Assembly (NCBI GenBank): GCA_030390025.1 | Contig: CM059440.1 | Location: 52,452,001 to 52,516,000 of the forward strand | Length of the DNA: 64,000 nucleotides | From: Squalus acanthias | Taxonomy: Eukaryota | Direction of reading: 5' to 3' | Shown: piece after piece, positions 1 to 14,390 of the stretch | How positions within the stretch are numbered: the stretch's first letter is position 1 | Layout of the letters: every line of letters starts with the position of its first letter | Translations under genes and position numbers: made by a program | The notes under the pieces: model-generated | Database searches by the model: none | Told to the model about the DNA's origin: nothing | The model's input: only the letters and a program-made list of their open reading frames with translations

Positions 1-1899
1 CTGATCATCCAAATTCAGTACCCTGTCCCTGCCTTCTCCCCATATCCCTTGATCCCTTTAGCTTTAAGAAATATATCTAACTCCTTCTTGAATATATTTA
101 ATGAATTGGCCTCTACTGCCTTCTGTGGTAGAGAATTCCACAGGTTCACCACTCTCTGGGTGAAGAAATTCCTCCTCATCTCAGTCCTAAATGGCTTACC
201 CCTTATCCTTAGACTGTGACCCCTGGTTCTGGACTCCCCGGCCATCGGGAACATCCTTCCTGCATCTAGTCTGTCTAGTCCTGTTAGAATTTTATAAGTT
301 TCAATGAGATCCCCTCTCATTCTTCTAAACTCCAGCGAGTATAAGCCCAATCGACCCAATCTCTCCTCATACGTCATTCCTGCCATCCCAGGTATCAGCC
401 TGGTGAATCTTTGCTGTACTCCCTCCATGGCAAGAACATCCTTCCTCAGATAAGGCGACCAAAACTGCACACAATACTCAAGGTGTGGTCTCACCAAGGC
501 CCTGTACAACTGCAGCAAGACATCCTTGTTCCTGTACTCGAACCCTTTCGCTACAAAGGCCAACATACCATTTGCCTTCTTAGCCGCCTGCTGCACCTGC
601 ATGCTTACCTTCAGTGACTGGTGCACAAGGACACTCAGGTCTCGTTGCACTTCCCCTTCTCCCAATCTATTGCCATTCAGATAATAATCTGCCTTCCTGT
701 TTTTGACACCAAAGTGAATAACCTCGCATTTATTCACATTATATTGCATCTGCCATGCTTCTGCCCAATCACCCAACCTATCCAAATCATACTGGAGTTT
801 CTCGGCATCCTCCTCACTGCACACACTCCCACCCAGCTCTGTGTCATCTGCAAACTTGGAGATATTACATCCAATACCCTCATCTAGATCATTAAAATAT
901 ATTGGGCCGAAAATTGATCCCGGGACGCGAGAGTACGCACTGCGTACTCTCGCGTATTCCCACTCCAATTGCCGGTTTTCTGCATGCCCTGCGCATGCGC
1001 TGAAAACAGGCAATTGCTCTTCTGAAAAGGGGGCGGGTCCTGGGTGCATCGCATGCGCGCTACAGGCTGCGCGCACGCGTGCACTTCATGCTTTGGACGC
1101 GCAGGTAAGTAGGGAAGATTTTGGAAATGTAAAAAGGAGGAGTAAGACCCGCTTTTAAGAAGGTAAGTAGTGAATTAAGTATTTTTTTGAATTTTTTTTT
1201 ACAGGTATATCTTTTTTAGAGACTTTAAAGACAGGTAAGTTTATTTTTATAACTTTTTAAAAGATTTTAAATTTTTTCAAAAATTTAATTTTTTATTTAA
1301 AATGGTTAATTTAATTAACTATACTTATTTTATTAATGTGATGGTTTTTTTTTTAATTTAATTGAGGTTTAGCTGTTATTTTGGGGGGGTGTAAGATTCA
1401 TAGATTTCACATCAGGTCTGTGAAACTTATGAATGGAAGATGGTGTGCTGCCATTGGCTCTAACTGAGTCACGTGATCCCACAGCTCGCACGAATTCACT
1501 ACGCCGCTGGGATACGCATGCCCAGCACAGCTGATGTCTGGAACATCAAGTTCGTGCGAGCTGGATCTGAAAAAGCACAAGCGAGGTGAGACATCGCGGG
1601 GAAGGCTTACCCCCGCGGGAACAGAGCGAGATCAATTTCTGGGCCATTGTGAATAGCTGGGGTCCTAGGACCGATACCCCACTAGTCACTGCCTGCCACT
1701 CGGAAAAAGACCCATTTATGCCAACTCTTTGCTTTCTGTCTGCCAACCAGTTCTCTACCCAAGTCAATACCTTGCCCCCAATCTCATGTGCCTTAACTTT
1801 ACACGCTAATCTCTTATGCGGGACCTTATCGAAAGCCTTCTGAAAGTCCAAATACACGTTCTCCCATATCTATTTTACTAGTTACATCCTCAAAAATTT
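1..1899 (-). mobile_element. CR1-clade LINE, 3' half of ORF2 (RT), split by the MITE at 904-1645; 3' tail runs off the window start
   Basis: YLDFQKAFDKVPH (ORF 1546-1857), KFADDT, LYRALVRPHLEYCVQFWSP and FFTQRVVNLWNSLP (ORF 15-1076) are CR1 RT/C-terminal motifs. Confidence 0.92.
904..1645. mobile_element. Non-autonomous PIF/Harbinger-like MITE (family 1), 742 bp
   Basis: Imperfect 16-bp TIRs (gggccgaaaattgatc / gatcaatttctgggcc), 3-bp TSD att (901-903, 1646-1648). It interrupts CR1 cleanly; near-identical copy at 43358-44101. The Harbinger assignment is inferred from the 3-bp TSD and GGG/GGC ends. Confidence 0.85.
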
Positions 1900-4800
1900 C
1901 CCGGATGCTTCTCCTCCACTTTGTGCGGTCTTGGGCCAGGGATTCCCAGGTGTCGGTGGGGATGTTGTACTTTTTCAAGGAGGCTTTGAGGGTGTCCTTG
2001 AAGCGTTTCCTCTGTCCACCTGAGGCTCTCTTGCTGTGTTGGAGCTCTGAGTAGAGCGCTTGTTTTGGGATTCTTGTACCGGGCATGCAGACGATGTGGC
2101 CCGTCCATCGAAGTTGATCGAGCGTGGTCAAAGCTTCGATGCTGGGGATGTTGGCCTCAGAGAGAACACGGACGTTGGTGCACCTATCCTGCCAATGGAT
2201 TTGCAGGATCTTGCAGAGGCATCGTTGGTGGTACCTCTCCAGTGCTTTGAGGTGCCTGCTGTACATGGTCCATGTCTCTGAAGCATACAGGAGGGCGGGT
2301 ATCACTACTGCTCTGTACACCATTAGCTTGGTGCTAGGTTTGAGGTCCTGGTCTTCAAACACTCTCTTCCTCAGGCAACCGAAGGCTGCACTGGCACACT
2401 GAAGATCGACGTCTGCCCCTGTTGACAGTAGGCTCCCGAGGTATGGAAAGTGGTCCACGTTGTCCAAGGCCTCGTCATGGATTTTGATAATCAGGGAGCA
2501 GTACTGTGTGGCGGGAGCAGGTTGGTAGAGGACCTTTGTCTTACGGATGTTTAGTGTAAGGCCTATGCTCTCGTACGCATCAGTGAAGGTGTTGCCAATG
2601 GATTGGAGTTCGGCCTCAGAGTGTGCACAGACGCAAGTGTCGACTGCATACTGTAATTCGATGACAGAGGATGGTACGACCTTGGATCTGGACTGGAGGC
2701 GACGGAGGTTCGAACAGTTTCCCGTTTGTTCTGTAAATTAGCTCCACTCCAACGGGGAGCTTACTGAGGGCGAGATGGAGCATTGCAGCCAGGAAGATCG
2801 AGAAGAGCATTGGTGCAATGACACAGCCTTGCTTGACCCCGGTCCGTACGTGAATTGGGTCTGTGGTGGATCCGTTGGTCAGGATCACGGCTTGCATGTC
2901 GTCGTGAAGCAGGCGGAGGATGGTGACAAACTTTTGAGGGCAGCCTAATTTGAGGAGGACACTCCATAATCCCTCACGGTTGACAGTGTCGAAGGCCTTT
3001 TTGAGGTCAAAGAAGGCCATGTACAGCGGTTGGTGCTGTTCCCTGCATTTCTCTTGTAATTGACGTGCGGTGAAGATCATGTCCATTGTGCCCCTTGGTG
3101 GGCGGAATCCGCATTGCGACTCTGAGAGGAGCTCTTCAGCCACTGGGAGAAGGCGATTTAGGAGGATTCTTGCGATGACTTTCCCTGTGGCAGACAGCAG
3201 GGAGACTCCTCTGTAATTACTGCAATCGGACTTGTCACCTTTCTTGAAGATGGTCACGATTACGGCGTCTCTGAGATCCCCGGCATGCTCTCCTCCTTCC
3301 AAATAAGAGAAATGAGTTCAAGTATTTGTGCCAATAGTGCTTCTCCGCATGTTTTAGCGCCTCGGCAGGGATTCCATCTGCTCCTGAGGCCTTGTTGTTC
3401 TTCAGTTGTCGGATGGCCTTTTCAACCTCATGCTGGGTTGGGGTTGTGCTGAGATGGTGGAGGATGGAGTTGAGGACACTCGCGTCGAAGACAGAGTCTC
3501 GGTTAAGGAGATCTTCGAAGTGCTCCTTCCAGCGGGTACTGACTACCTCTCTGTCCTTGATGAGTACCTCTCCATTCTTTGCCCGGAGTGGGGTAGGACC
3601 TTGGGTGCTTGGGCCGTAGGTGGTCTTGACTGCGCTAAAGAATCCACGCATGTCATGGTTGTCAGCTAGCTGCTGGATCTCCTGCACTTTCTCCACCCAC
3701 CATCTGTTCTTTAGGTCGCGAGTTTTTTGTTGGACCTCGGCCTTCAGGCGTCTGTAGAGCTGCTTTCTTTCTCTCGAGTTCTGTTGCTGTTTCCAGATCA
3801 GGAATACCTTGCACTTGCGGCTTTTTAGCTCCTGGATCTCCTGGTCGTTCTCGTCGAACCAGTCTTGGTGTTTCCTGGTCGAGTGACCGAGCGTCTCTTC
3901 ACAAATGCTGAATATGGAGGCCTTGAGTGCAGACCAGCCGCTGTGGACACACTGGGCTGGATTTTTATTGACCCGTGGAGGTGGGTTTAGAGGCGTGTGG
4001 GGGGTTAAAATTGCCTCCACGCAATTTTCATTAAATCGTGTCTGCTGGTCCCGCCTCTAAGGCTGTTAACAAGCACTAAATTGCCTCTATAATGCCATTT
4101 TGAAAGTCCTTTGTGATTTTAACCCTTTTTCTACGTGAAGCACGCCTGTTCAGAACCATGAATGTGAAACCTGGCGGGAGCACATTTGGATAGCTGACTA
4201 TAGCTGACTATGACTGACTGGCTGGCTATGGGGATGGATGCATATATGGATGGCTATGGGGATGGATGGATGCATATATGGATGGATGGGGAGGAGACAT
4301 ATCTGGGAGTGGTGGTGCAAAAATATCTGGGAGCAGAATTAGGGCTGCTGCTGCTCATTTTGCCTCCAGGTCCTCTCACAGCAAAGGCCAGGCAGTCTTT
4401 GCAGACCTTCAATGCAGCAGCAATGATGACATCATCAAAGGCGGCTTTCAGACTGAAAACACTAATTGGGTCATGGGTTCCCACATGCTGGAACTCAATT
4501 GCCCAATTAGGTGAAAATCGCATCAATCTCCCACATCCAATTGCAGTCGGGTGGATAACACGAAAAATGGATGACACGACCCCAACCCGCCCCAGTATCA
4601 AAATCCAGCCCTCTGTGTCTCTGAATCACTGGGAGTCATCAGGTTGGTTGTGAGGTGCAGGCTGAATAGGGCTTTCTTAGCAGGGTCTTTGAGTGCTCCA
4701 CTGTTGATTTTCCTGTGGCATTGCTTCTGTTGCCACCGCTGTTTTGGGGTTACATTGATGGAGATGACAGAGCGGATTAGGTGCTGGTCTGTCCAGCAGT

Positions 4801-5840
4801 CATCAGCTCCTGTCATGGCACGGGTGATGCGGACGTCTTTGCGGTCCCACGCTCGGACGATGACGTAGTCCAGCAGATGCCAGTGCTTGGAGCGAGGGTG
4901 TTGCCATGAAGTCTTGTACTTGTCTCTCTGATGGAACAAGGTGTTGGTTATGACAAGGCCATATTCTAAGCATTTCGACAGGAGGAGGGCACCATTGGAG
5001 TTGGCTTTCCCTACCCCCTCTCTGCCGATCACACCTCCCCAGAGGTCTGTGTCCTTTCCAACTCTGGCGTTGAAGTTGCCAAGGAGGATCAGCTTGTCGC
5101 CCGTTCGGACTTGGGACAGGGATTGTTCGAGGCTGGAGTAGAATTCCTCTTTGGTCTCGTCTGTGGCTTCCAGTGTTGGGGCGTATGCACTGATGACCGT
5201 AGCGTACTTGTTCCGAGCTAGGGTGAGCCGTAGAGTCATGAGGCGTTCGTTTATTCCACAAGGGGAGTCTCTGAGATGTTCAACTAGCTCATTTTTTATA
5301 GCAAAGCCTACCCGATGGAGGCAGTGTTCTTCTTCAGGTTTGCCTTTCCAGAAGAAGATGTAACCACCGCCTTGCTCCTTGAGCTGGCCTTCCCCTGCTC
5401 ACCAGGTCTCGCTTAGGGCAGCGATGTCTATGTCGAAATGTCTGAGCTCCCGTGCAATGATAGTAGTACGGCATTCCGGTCTGTCGCTTTTGGGGTTGTC
5501 CATGAGGGTCCTGACATTCCAGGTCCCGAACTTCATTTTAAAGGGTGGAAGATGCCTGTGTGTGAATTCTTTTAACATGGGGTGGCCGTTGCACACCAGC
5601 TACCACACGGGCTTGACAGAGCAAGGTCTTGGTCCAATGGCAAGGGGATCCAAGACGACTGGAGACCAGGCTCTGCTACATCGGCCTAGCACACAGACAC
5701 AAACATACTCCTACTGTCCTCCTCCCTCAGGTCCTCTCTGCCTGTGTTTCATAGGCTGCAGTTTGGTCCTCCCGACCCCGCTGCTGGTCCACGCTGTGCC
5801 ACTCCTGGGCCTCGACCTCGCCCTGGGCCTCGTCCTCGCC
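1900..5840 (-). mobile_element. RTE-clade LINE (APE endonuclease + RT), frameshifted, 3' end lost at the junction with CR1
   Basis: MKFGTWNVRTLMD...DIAALSET, ISAYAPT, LGNFNARVG, FFDLKKAFDTV, GVKQGCVIAP in ORFs 5399-5596, 4598-5239, 2616-3302, 1826-2467; collinear with copy at 27046-30560. Confidence 0.92.
3954..4611. mobile_element. Harbinger-like MITE (family 2) nested in RTE; internal (GGAT)n-rich tract
   Basis: Perfect 12-bp TIR gggctggatttt / aaaatccagccc, flanked by act/tct. The second RTE copy shows the empty site (ggacac-tct-gtgtctc, ~29360). Confidence 0.85.
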
Positions 5841-6150
5841 CTACAACCACCCGCGAGATCTCTGCACTCCTCCAAGTCTGGCCTCTTGCGCATCCCTGAT
5901 TTTAATCGCTCCACCATTGGCGGCCGTGCCTTCAGCTGCCGAGGACCTAAGCTCTGGAATTCCCTCCCTAAACCCCTCCACCTCTCTACCTCTCTTTCCT
6001 CCTTGAGGATGCTCCTTAAAACCTACCTCTGTGACCAAGCTCCTGTCGTAATATCTCATGTGGCTCGGTGTCAAATTTACTTTGCTAATGCTCCTCCGAA
6101 GCGCCTTTTGACGTTTTACTATGTTAAAGGCGCTGTATAATAAGTTGTTG
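5841..6150 (+). mobile_element. L2-clade LINE 3' end
   Basis: TIGGRAFSCRGPKLWNSLPKPL...LLKTYL, then tail ...aaaggcgctgtataataagttgttg. Confidence 0.75.
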
Positions 6151-6334
6151 TTTATGTAAGCATGTTAAAATGGAAAAACAAATACACTTGCACAAAAGGT
6201 ACAATTACTTTTCTTTTAATCACTGTGTAAACTTGAAGTCCAGCTGCTCATGGAGTGTTTTCAGTGAATTTCCCTCAAATTACCCATTTCCATCTTTTAA
6301 AGTTTTACTCAGCGACTGTTTCATTTTTACATTT

Positions 6335-6640
6335 TAAGGATATGCAGGAACTCCCTCACCCCCACTACAGAAAGACAAGTCAGTCTGTTCCCAGGATTTC
6401 ACATTTAGCCAGCAGAGTGAATGATCCAGCAAAGAGTGCAAAACACCACGCACAGGAGTTCCTTCGCTGTTTTTGCAGCAGTACTTGGGAGGGAGGACAC
6501 AGAAAATTAGGCAGGTGCTACAAAAATGCAAGTTGTTGTGGAATTAACTACATTTCAGTGAGTTACTATTTCCACTCTTGCCCGCCCTAGGTTTTAGCTC
6601 TTCCTGCTTGAGGTGGCCTCCTGGAACTTCTCGCACACCA
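6335..6640. repeat. ~305-bp unclassified dispersed duplicate (other copy 11977-12290)
   Basis: Direct, highly similar copies aaggatatgcaggaactccc ... gaacttctcgcacacca. Confidence 0.85.
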
Positions 6641-6786
6641 GCTGTTGACTACATGGAATCGCAACGTTTACAAGGTATGGGCCACGCGGCCCATTCAAAA
6701 GTCTGCGCATGCCCATTTTCTTTCAATTAAAAAGCCGGCTCACCCCTGGAGCGCTGCACAGCCACGCAACTTAGAGCGAACATTGC

Positions 6787-7022
6787 TCTCCCCGGTGTCC
6801 AGGCCAATATTAATCCCTCAATCCACATAACAAAAACAGATTATCTGGTCATAATCACATTGCTCTTTGTGGGAGCTTGCTGTGCGCAAATTGGCTGCCG
6901 CGTTTTCTCACATTACAACAGTGACTCCACTTCAAAAAGTACTGCATTGGCTGTAAAGTGCTTTGAGACGTCCGGTGGTCGTGAAAGGCGCCATAGAAAT
7001 GCAAGTCTTTCTTTCTTTCTTC
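6787..7022 (+). mobile_element. SacSINE1/DeuSINE-like SINE, 3' part
   Basis: Core ...cagattatctggtc...gtgggagcttgctgtgcgcaaattggctgcc... and L2-type tail aaaggcgccatagaaatgcaag; many copies in window. Confidence 0.75.
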
Positions 7023-7766
7023 TTTCAATTATGTATGGCCTCTGGAGTGATGATAAACTCTCCCAATTCCAAAGCCCAGTGGGATGTGTCTTGTCTTGAG
7101 AGAGCTCCATCCGTAGAAAGGGACAGATGGGCGTGTGCAGGACATAAATAGGCAGTTGCCCTGAGGAGAAGAGATTATAGGTGATTGCACAATGCTATGA
7201 TGTAAATTGCATTGAAATATATTGTAAGAACTGTTCCTTGTACATTGCTACAGCTAGAATTAACATGATTATAAATTCAGATATCGGAAGAAAAATTCTA
7301 AGCATCCGTTGGTTTTTTGTAAAGTCAGTTTCAATTCCTGTTAAAAAATAATGAAAATGAGTTATGGCAATGCTTTCAGTGCTAGTTTGAGTTTCTTTGC
7401 CAACACATTTTAAATTAACAATTTGACTTTAAAAAAAGTGACCTTGAATAAGCTGGTAATAAATTAGAAGTTAAAGTTGAGGCTGGGAAGGATCACATTG
7501 TTTCAGTACTGGTTTAATGATTCAGCTCGATATACACACTTGTACCCAGCGCCATCAGTGTCACTTAGAAGAATATTTTTCTTCCCAGAATATTGGAAAA
7601 TATCCCTTCCTTTAAAAGGAAACTCATAAATAGAGGCTATCTGATCAAATTAATGTTTACAAAAAGCATTTTTAAAGTTTGAGAATTGCACAAGCCACAC
7701 CCTTCTGTAATATTACGAGGCTTCACTATTGGGTGATTTATAGTAACTAAGTTGGAACTGAATTAA

Positions 7767-9684
7767 TGGCCGCGATTTTGACGGCACTCAGAGTGCAGGT
7801 TCGGAGGCGGGTCCTCTGTCAAAATCGAAATGATTGACAGCAGGTTGTGAACCCGCCTCCATGTAAGTTTCCAAACTGTCGGGTCTGCGATTTCAGAACA
7901 GACCCGACACCGAGTAGTGGGGAAGGCATTTAAGATAGTTAAATGCTTGTTAAACGCTTGTTTACTACTATTTTGCTAGCCTTTTTCTATTTTCCTGCTT
8001 TTTTAACGGGGTTCGTTTATATTAATAGATTTCTGACTAGTAAAGGCATCAAGGGATATGGCGATAGGGCCGGTGAATGGAGTTGAGGCAGAAGATTAGC
8101 CATGATCTCATCGAATGGCGGAGCAGGCTCAAAGGGCCGAATGGCCTACTCCTGCTCCTAGTTCTTATGTTCACGTCATTCGGAGATCACGTCAGGTAAA
8201 TAGGTCGGGTTCTCTATGTCTCCCCATTGCTGTGAATAGGTGACAGCTGCAAAAGTGGTATGAAAGCTACCATTTCACAGCTGTTCACTTTCCAATGTCA
8301 GAAGCTTGAGCCTTCAAGACTTGGAAGACACTTTTGAGCTTTATGTAGTTTGGAAGTGTTTGGAGTAAACTCTCTATCCACTGTCACCTCCTTGGAGCAA
8401 GCTCTCTCACCATTGACAGATTGCTTCTGTCATCTCAACTTCAGCTGCCATCTATTCCAGCGACATCGGTGCCCTTGAAACTATCTCACCTTGGACCTCT
8501 GAATCCCACCACGATCAGCCCCAGCACCAACATCACCAACAACAATATCAACCTTCTCCGCAATCACCTGATGCTGCACAGGACACAGGGCATCAGCACC
8601 CGACAACATTGCTGCCCAGGACGCCAGGGATGGCCTCACCATGGCCAGATTTACTTCACTTGATGCTGTACACACTGGCTGCCACATGATGCACCAGGTT
8701 GACACCACCCCACACCAGCACCATAAAACATCCCTACAATGTCCAAGCCATTCCTTTCACACTCATCACAATTGTGGGCAGGGGGGGGGAGGAAGTTATG
8801 TCTCAACATTCACTGGAACTCACTAAGACACTTCCAAAGGTGAGCATAGATCTGTCCAATAAGGTAAAGTATTGAAAATATAGATTTCAATGTTTGACAA
8901 CACATTAACAGAAACTTCTCAGGAACATTGGCTAAACCTCCCAGGTGCCTACCCTTGTGTGTTGTTAGTTGGTATGATTGGACTAGGATGAGGGTGAGTG
9001 TGAGGGGTGGTTAGTGATAAGGGGAAGTAATAATGTCGATGGAGAGGAATGGGTGGAAGTGCAAGGTAAGTTGGTGTGAGTAAAGATGTGCAGGAGTAGG
9101 GTAGGGAGGGCAGAGTGATGGGGGTGTGATGAGTGGCACAGCGGGATGAGGTTGAGTGTGGCTTGGCAGTAACGTTTCGTGATCTGCTCAGATCATTGAA
9201 AGGTTTACGCCACTGCAGCCTGGTCCTCCTGACGACATCCCTGCTTGTGCCCTCCTGTGCAATGTGCAACCAGGCTGCGTTGATCTCCTGTGGAGGTGTC
9301 TTCTGCCTATTGGAAGGGAAGAGAACCTCCCTGCATGCAGGATTCCCTCCATAAGCATATGGAGGGAGTCATGGGAGAGCCTGGCTGCAGCCGTGCACCT
9401 TTGTGCAGTGCTTGTCAGTGTTTGCAGCACCTCAATGCTGTAGAACACTGACAGCAGAAATGTCAAGATCAATTTGGACATGGCCCCCTTAAGGAAACCG
9501 GCTGATGACGTGTCATCAAATGATGTCATCAGACCCACTTCCTATTAATTGGCCGGGTACCTCGCAGGGCGGGCTTAACAAGCCCAATCAATGAAAAATC
9601 ACTTGGAGAGTGCGGGCTGCAGTAGGCAGCGGGCTGGGACCGCGACACCGACTCCGGCCGCCCCGGAAGGCAAAATCGCGACCA
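7767..9684. mobile_element. Degenerate PIF/Harbinger DNA transposon with Myb/SANT-like ORF remnant (- strand, ~9190-9400); small CR1 3' fragment nested at ~8020-8170
   Basis: 14-bp TIR tggccgcgattttg / caaaatcgcgacca, TAA TSD (7764-7766, 9685-9687); HIAQEGTSRDVVRRTRLQWRKPFNDLSRS resembles the Harbinger Myb/SANT motif W..IA...RT..QCRK.FNDL. Confidence 0.85.
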
Positions 9685-10074
9685 TAATGTTTGACCAATT
9701 TAGAAATTGCTGGGTGACAAACCTTCATTATTGATGTAACTGTGTGCGCACGGAGGGAGGGATCCTGTCAGAATAATTACTGAGCGGGACTCGGAGATGA
9801 ACAGCACTATATATATCTATATATATATACATAGATTCAATTATTGTATCTACTATTCAAGACCGCGTTTCACTGTGACTAGGTAGGGGAGGGAACGTGT
9901 TTTGATTGAGAGAAATTGTTACGTGTAGAGAAATTGTTACCGTCTCCCATTTCAACTGCGAACCTCCCATCTGACATATTTTGCTCAGTTAGGTCGAGTC
10001 CTTTTGTTCAGATAGGTTGAAACTTGATCATCCAATTCAGTTAGACGCCTAACAACATAAACTGGCAGTACTAC

Positions 10075-10570
10075 AGCAATAACTTACATTTATGGCGTGC
10101 CTTCAACATAGCTAAATGTCCCAGTGCACGTCACACAGGCGTGGCCATCAGAAATAGACACGCAGCCCAAAGTAGGTAATATTAACCAAAAGCTTTGTCA
10201 CAGTGGTAGGTTTTAAGAAGGGTCTTAAAGGAGGAGGTGGAAAGATGGAGGGATTTAGGGAGGGATTTCCAGAGCATGGAGCCTTGGGAGACTGAAGCCA
10301 CGACTGCCAATATGGGACGCTGGGAGGGTGGGGTGATGGGGGAAATGCACAAGAGGCCGGAGTCGGAGGAACAGAGAATTTGGGGGTGCGGGTTGTGGGG
10401 TCACAGAAGGCTGTAGAGATTGGGAGGGGCAAAGGCATGAAAGGAATTCAATATAAGGATGGGAATTTTAAATCGGAGGCAATGGGATACTGGGAGCCAA
10501 TGTAGATCGGGGGTGATGGGTCAGTGAGATGTGATGTGGGATAGGATATGGGCAGCAGAGGTTTGGATAA
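10075..10570 (-). mobile_element. L2-clade LINE 3' fragment, old
   Basis: Reverse-complement similarity to the L2 end at 5841-6150 (gagggatttagggagggatttccagagc; ggttttaagaagggtcttaaagg). Confidence 0.6.
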
Positions 10571-11227
10571 AAGAAGTATACAGAGGGTGGGTGATGGGTA
10601 GCCATCAAAGGATTTAGAAGACACTCCATAAATGGAAGTTTTTTCCCCTTTCTTAAACTACTTACGTTGTAGTGAAACAACAAAGGCAGATGTGTTGTGA
10701 CTGTTACCAGGGTACTGAGGGTGGAACTCAAGACGTTAGAGGTATCAACAATGCTTTGATTTGATTGCCCAGAAACATTCCAGGGATTTTTGTAACTTCA
10801 GTAAATTACGAGCTTATAATACTCCACTAGTAATATTTCCCATTACTGTTTAAACAAGAATGATAATATTCAATTGAAGACTGATACATTTTGTTCATTT
10901 AACATGATTTTACTGGTCAGATGTTGGGCTTGAAGCTCAGTTTGCAGACTCAGTTACTACTCCCTCGGTCATAATTGTACTTTCCGAGTCTAGTTTTCAT
11001 TCTCTCATCCTGCAAACACATAGGCATCATACCCATCCAACAGAACAAGTCTAACCACGCACTCCACCCGAGACTACAGCCTGTGTCACTCTTTCCAAAC
11101 ACCTGACTCCTAATATTTCCCCAGTGTTGACTGTGTGAACATTTGTCACGGGGGAATTAGTGCATTTCTGGCTGCAGTATTGATCATGTGGTAGAGACCG
11201 CGTTACATTACCTTACATCATACATAC

Positions 11228-11930
11228 AATGGCATGACCATCGCCGAATCCTCCACCATCAACATCCTGGGGGTCACCATTGACCAGAAACTTAACTGGA
11301 CCAGCCACATAAATACTGTGGCAACAAGAGCAGGTCAGAGGCTGGGTATTCTGCGGCGAGTGTCCCACCTCCTGACTCCCCAAAGCCTTTCCACCATCTA
11401 CAAGGCACAAGTAAGGAGTGTGATGGAATACTCCCCACTTGCCTGGATGAGTGCAGCTCCAGCAACACTCAAGAAGCTCGACACCATCCAGGACAAAGCA
11501 GCCCGCTTGATTGGCACCCCATCCACCGCCTTAAACATTCACTCCCTCCACCACCGGCGCACCGTGGCTGCAGTGTGTACCATCTACAAGATGCACTGCA
11601 GCAACTCGCCATGGCTTCTTCGGCAGCACCTCCCAAACCCGCGACCTCTTCCACCTAGAAGGACAAGGGCAGCAGGTGCATGGGAACACCACCCCCTCCA
11701 AGTTCCCCTCCAAGTCACACACCATCCTGACTTAGAAGTATATTGCCGATCCTTCATCGTCGCTGGGTCAAAATCCTGGAACTCCCTCCGTAACAACACT
11801 GTGGGAGTACCTTCACCACACAGACTGCAGCAGTTCAAGAAGGCGGCTCACCACCACCTTCTCAAGGGATGGGCAATAAATGCTGGCATTGCCAGCGACG
11901 CCCTGATCCCATAAACGAATTTAAAAAAAT
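11228..11930 (+). mobile_element. CR1-like LINE (second family) 3' end
   Basis: ILGVTIDQKLNWTSHI...IYKAQVRSVMEYSPLAW...IQDKAARLI; tail gggcaataaatgctggc and A-rich end. Confidence 0.85.
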
Positions 11931-11976
11931 CACTTATAATCTCTTCGCCTCGGGGCAACTGCAGTTTATGTCCTGC

Positions 11977-12290
11977 ACAAGGATATGCAGGAACTCCCCC
12001 AACACCACCCCACCACAGAAAGACAAGTCAGTCTGTTCCCAGGATTTCACATTTAGCCAGCAGAGGGAATGATCCAGCAAAGAGCGCAGAACATGACGCA
12101 CAGGAGTTCCTTCACTGTTTTTGCAGAAGTACTTTGGTAGGAGGACACAGAAAATTAGGCAAGTGCTGCAAAAATGCAAGTTGTTGTGGAGTTAAGTGTA
12201 ATTTCAGTGCGTTACTATTTCCACTCTTGCCCGCCCTAGGTTTTATCTCTTCCTGCTTGAGGTGGCCTCCTGGAACTTCTCGCACACCAA
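11977..12290. repeat. Second copy of the unclassified ~305-bp duplicate (see 6335-6640)
   Basis: Direct sequence similarity to 6335-6640. Confidence 0.85.
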
Positions 12291-12792
12291 GTAGAGGAGG
12301 TGCGTGGTGCTCCAGGCGAAGGGCCTGAACTCCTCCGGCAGGGAGTCCACCCGCCACTGGCCCACCAGGAGTCCAGAACATTTCTCCCAATTGATCCTGG
12401 CGGAGGATGCGTCCGAGTAAATCTGCTGGCATTCTCGCATCCTCCGCAAGTCCACGGGATCCGTGACCATGAGGAGCACGTCATCAGCGTAAACTGAGAG
12501 GATGACCTCCACGCCCGGCCCTTGCAGAGCCAGTCCCATCAACCTCTTCCGCAAGAGGCGCAGGAAAGGCTCCACGCAGACGGCGTATAACTGACTGGAC
12601 ATGGGGCATCCCTGGTGCACCCCACTCCCGAAGCGAAGGGGCGCCGTCAAAGACCCGTTGACTTTTATCAGTCACTCCGCGGCAGCGTACAGAAGTCTGA
12701 TCCAGGCGACGAAATGCGTCCCGAACCCGAATGCGCGCAGAGTTCCGAAAAGATACTCGTGATCCACCCTGTCGAACGCCTTCTCCTGATCC
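12289..12792 (-). mobile_element. Tx1/L1-clade LINE RT fragment
   Basis: GVHQGCPMS, SVYADDVLL, SARINWEKC (ORF 12243-12650); matches the 56579-57862 ORF. Confidence 0.88.
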
Positions 12793-13305
12793 AGGTAAGT
12801 TTTTAACAAGGTAAGTGGTTAATTAATTACAATTTAAAAAAATTTTCAACAGGTTTATCTTTTTTAGATACTTTAAAGAAAGGTAAGTTTATTTTTAGCA
12901 CCGTTACAAAGTATAATTAATTTTTTCAAAAATTTAAATTTTTGTTTAAAGTAGTTAATTTATGTAACTTATAGTTATTTTAAAAATGTGATGTTTTTTT
13001 AAAAATTTATTTTAAGTTTAAGTGTGGTTTTGGGGCCGATCTCTATTCATAGATTTGACAGGTCTTCCTGTCAAATCTATGAATGAAAATGCCCTGCTAG
13101 GATTGGCTCTCCGTGGCCCACGTGATCCCAGGGGATGCTTCGAACTAACTGCGCCCCTGGGATACGCAAGCACTGCGCACCGGCAGCTGGAGGAGGCCCA
13201 GGACCCGAAGTCTTCGTGGGCCCAAAGCACAACTGCAGACGCGGTAGGCAAGTACGCGCGCGATGCTTGCACCCGCAGGAAGCATGAAAGCTGAATTTCT
13301 GGCCC
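12791..13305. mobile_element. Left-truncated, diverged relative of MITE family 1
   Basis: Same AT-rich body with aggtaagt motifs, cacgtgatccca, and right end gaatttctggccc followed by att. Confidence 0.7.
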
Positions 13306-13374
13306 ATTAATTAACTCAAGATAAGGGTGACAATCTAGTCTAACGGTTGAGCAGTCGCAAATCACATAATAAGG

Positions 13375-14390
<1,016 letters not shown>

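Noticed and set aside
15-1076. 353-aa ORF with a novel N-terminus fused to RT
   Set aside because: The N-terminus is antisense read-through of the MITE inserted in CR1.
1826-2467. RTE-CR1 fusion ORF
   Set aside because: Chance in-frame junction of two truncated elements at ~1900; stops after a few codons.
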